This document shows, one piece after another, positions 61,587 to 64,000 of a DNA stretch of 64,000 nucleotides (positions are counted from its first letter, which is position 1; every line of letters begins with the position of its first letter). The notes beneath the pieces are model-generated. The model made no database searches and had not been told where the DNA came from. It saw only the letters and a program-made list of their open reading frames with translations. The position numbers and the translations under genes are program-made. This stretch comes from Rhizaria sp. SCN 62-66. Taxonomy: Eukaryota. The stretch spans positions 124,001 to 188,000 of the forward strand of contig MEDY01000011.1 of assembly GCA_001724265.1 (NCBI GenBank), in the 5' to 3' direction.

Positions 61587-64000
61587 ATGAAGTCGCTCCC
61601 TGTCGCGCCCTGCGCTGCCGCGCGCGCCCCGCGCCCCGCAGACGCGTCGGCCGCCACCCCGAGCGCCTCGTGTGTCGCGTCAGCGCTCGTGAGCGCCGCT
61701 GCACAGCAGCAGCCGTTGCCGAGCCGGCACCGCTCCCCGCGCGCGCTCGCCGCGCTCTTTCTGGCCGCACTCCTTGCCTGCTGCTGCCACGCTGCCATTG
61801 CCGCCACTTCGGGTACGTTCCACTTGCTCTCGCGCTCTCTCTATCGCTCTGAGAGAGAGTCTGCTCTTCGGTCCCTCTCTCCTTCTCTCTTTATGTCTCG
61901 CTCCAACCCTCGCTTGTCTCGACTTCTTACCTCTTCTTTGCTTGTGTCCTCATCTCATTTCTCTATTTTATTTGTGTTTTGTTTTTTTTTGCGCCTCGAC
62001 TGTGTTATATTCACAGCGCCGACGGTGACGGCCATCTCTGAGCTCCGCCGCCTTCGCCTGGGCACCCTCTCCCCCACCGCCCTGCGCTCCCGCGCGCGCT
62101 CCAACACTTACGGCTCCCGCCGCGGCCCCCGCGCGGGCGAGGACGAGGACGACGCCGAGTGCGCCGACGCTGCCGAGACCGCCCGCGCCGTCGCCGCGGC
62201 CGCCGCGAACGAGCCTGCGTGGCGCTCGACCCCGATGTACACCACCGACTCACCTACCTACACGGCCGAGGCCGGCGCGGCCGCCGCGGCCGCGAGCGGC
62301 AAGGACACGGGCAAGGGGTTTGCCAGCGCGCTGCAGTGGTCGACGGTTGACTCGCTGCACGTGACGCTGAAGTTTGCGCACGCCGACGTCCGCCTCGGTG
62401 CCATCTCTAACGCTGTCACCAACAGTACTGGCTCTGGCTCTAGCTCGAGTGCGAGTGCTGTGATTCTGCCGCCGCCGTCGCTGGCGGGCGCGCTCACCCT
62501 CCTGTGCCCGCGCGACGCTCTGCCTCCTCACTATGACAGCTACGGCAACAGCAGTGACGATAGCCGTGGTACCGATGACGATAATAAGGAGGACGGTGAG
62601 GGTTTGGTGCGTGTGGCGAGCCTGCAGGACGGATTCGACTCGCGCTACAGCCCGTACCCGCACCTGCCGCGCCGCGGTGGCCGCCACGGTGGCCGCCACG
62701 GCGGCCGCCACGGTGGCCGCAGCCATCGTCGTGACAATGGTCACAATCACGATAACGCCGTCCACGGTGGCCGTCACGGTTACGGCCAGTCTGACGCCAA
62801 TGTTGACATCAAAGACAGCGGCAGCGACGACAAGTCCCCGCTGCGCGCGCGCATGTTTGTGGCGGGCGCGCGCGGCGACCGGCTACGCGGCGTCAGCGCG
62901 GGCGCGTTCGCGCTGTTCCCGCGCAAAAATCAGGCCGCCACGGGTTCCAGCATCACTCACCGCGACGACGATGACGATGAGGACGACGAGGATGAGGACG
63001 AGGACGATAATGATGAGCAGCAGCAGCAGCAGCAGGTGGCTGATGACGACGGCGACAGCAGCACCATGTCTCTCACGATCACCGTGCCCGTCCGCATCAC
63101 TCGTCTGCGCCCGCGCGTCCCCTCTGCAAGTGACCGTGAGCGCGGCTCGCCGCCCGAGATGGAGACCGAGACGGTGGTGCTGCTGCGCGAGGAGTGGCTG
63201 CCCCACTGCCGCATCGCCTACGCCCCTCTCGCCACGCAGTCTAGCGGCGGCGCTAATGATGGCGATGCTGTTCACGAGGCTCCTGAGGTTGATGGCCATG
63301 TCAGCAGCCCCACCGGCGCGCCCCAGCTCCGCTCCGCTGCCCACGGTCACCCCGCTGCCCACGGTCACTCTGACCGCAGTGGCCCCTGGTTCGGCGTCGG
63401 TGGCCGTCTCGTGCTGCTCGACGCCCCCAGTGTCAGTGTCAGTGCGACTGCGCAGTCGGTGGCGCCTTTCTCGCTCCCCATCCAGCCCCGCGCCTCCACA
63501 CCCCTGCTCACAGTCACCTCGGCCTCTAACAGCACCGCCGCCAACTCTGCTGGCAGGAGTGGTTCCTCAGCGACCGTGGCCGCGCGCGACGATGCGGCCG
63601 TGACCGTAAGCGAGCTGCCCGTGGTGGAGCGCGCCGTAGTGCGCTTGCGCCCCCACCGCTGCGCCCGCGCCCGCGCCTTCGCGCGCACGCTCAACCTCCT
63701 CACCGGCAACGGCAACGGCAATGGCAACGGGGATAGTGAGGGCGAGTCCGGGCTGTTTGAGGGTAGCGCGAGTACGGGCGGTGTGGTGATCGGCGCGGGC
63801 GCCCCGCTCAAGGGCCAGGCGCACTCGCCGGACACGGTGGCGCTGCTCGAGGCCGAGGTCAAGGTCGGCGGGATCGTGGGCAAGATGATCGACCCCGTCA
63901 CGGGCGGTATCACCAAGCCCATCATGGACCTGGGCAACGCGCTCATGATGGACTCGTTCACAGACCACTTCAACAAGAAGATGCAGAACTCGATCGCGAG
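61587..64000 (+). CDS. Uncharacterised secreted or membrane-anchored protein (3' end outside window); exons 61587-61812 and 62017->64000
   Basis: Missed by the ORF track. ATG 61587, hydrophobic segment ALAALFLAALLACCCHAAIAA, intron 61813-62016 (GTACGT..CAG), then an open frame to the edge with GGRH repeats, an acidic tract, polyQ and a helical-looking end (ALLEAEVKVGGIVGKMIDPVTGGITKPIMDLG). Confidence 0.75.
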   Translation, partial: MKSLPVAPCAAARAPRPADASAATPSASCVASALVSAAAQQQPLPSRHRSPRALAALFLAALLACCCHAAIAATSGTFHLLSRSLYRSERESALRSLSPSLFMSRSNPRLSRLLTSSLLVSSSHFSILFVFCFFLRLDCVIFTAPTVTAISELRRLRLGTLSPTALRSRARSNTYGSRRGPRAGEDEDDAECADAAETARAVAAAAANEPAWRSTPMYTTDSPTYTAEAGAAAAAASGKDTGKGFASALQWSTVDSLHVTLKFAHADVRLGAISNAVTNSTGSGSSSSASAVILPPPSLAGALTLLCPRDALPPHYDSYGNSSDDSRGTDDDNKEDGEGLVRVASLQDGFDSRYSPYPHLPRRGGRHGGRHGGRHGGRSHRRDNGHNHDNAVHGGRHGYGQSDANVDIKDSGSDDKSPLRARMFVAGARGDRLRGVSAGAFALFPRKNQAATGSSITHRDDDDDEDDEDEDEDDNDEQQQQQQVADDDGDSSTMSLTITVPVRITRLRPRVPSASDRERGSPPEMETETVVLLREEWLPHCRIAYAPLATQSSGGANDGDAVHEAPEVDGHVSSPTGAPQLRSAAHGHPAAHGHSDRSGPWFGVGGRLVLLDAPSVSVSATAQSVAPFSLPIQPRASTPLLTVTSASNSTAANSAGRSGSSATVAARDDAAVTVSELPVVERAVVRLRPHRCARARAFARTLNLLTGNGNGNGNGDSEGESGLFEGSASTGGVVIGAGAPLKGQAHSPDTVALLEAEVKVGGIVGKMIDPVTGGITKPIMDLGNALMMDSFTDHFNKKMQNSIA

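Overview
Eukaryotic nuclear DNA from what looks like a flagellated protist: GC-rich exons, AT-richer spacers, 10 short GT-AG introns (122-291 nt) and long Ala/Gly/His/Gln low-complexity tracts. I found no prokaryotic, CRISPR, RNA-gene or mobile-element signal. Eleven protein genes are supported, in order: a PDK/BCKDK-type mitochondrial kinase (partial); a single-exon ~9,095-aa cell-surface multi-pass protein (two apparently unnamed Cys-paired repeat arrays, beta-propeller-like regions, 8 Sushi, EGF-Ca, IPT/TIG, GCC2/3, SEA-like, ~9 TM); DBP3; a REVEILLE/LCL-like SHAQKYF Myb factor; a CAMK-like kinase with a discoidin-like domain inserted in its N-lobe; a TMEM70/186-like mitochondrial protein; MCM4; a C20orf85/FAM183-like ciliary protein; HSBP1; a 1,310-codon low-complexity gene; and a partial secreted or membrane protein. 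The most striking signal is in the low-complexity gene (61140->56954). It has six in-frame TAG codons, several in clear glutamine contexts, and no in-frame TAA/TGA, while none of the nine complete genes ends in TAG. This points to UAG read as Gln (a variant or ambiguous nuclear code); local decay or hypermutation is the main alternative. All domain calls are by eye from the translations; no searches were run.
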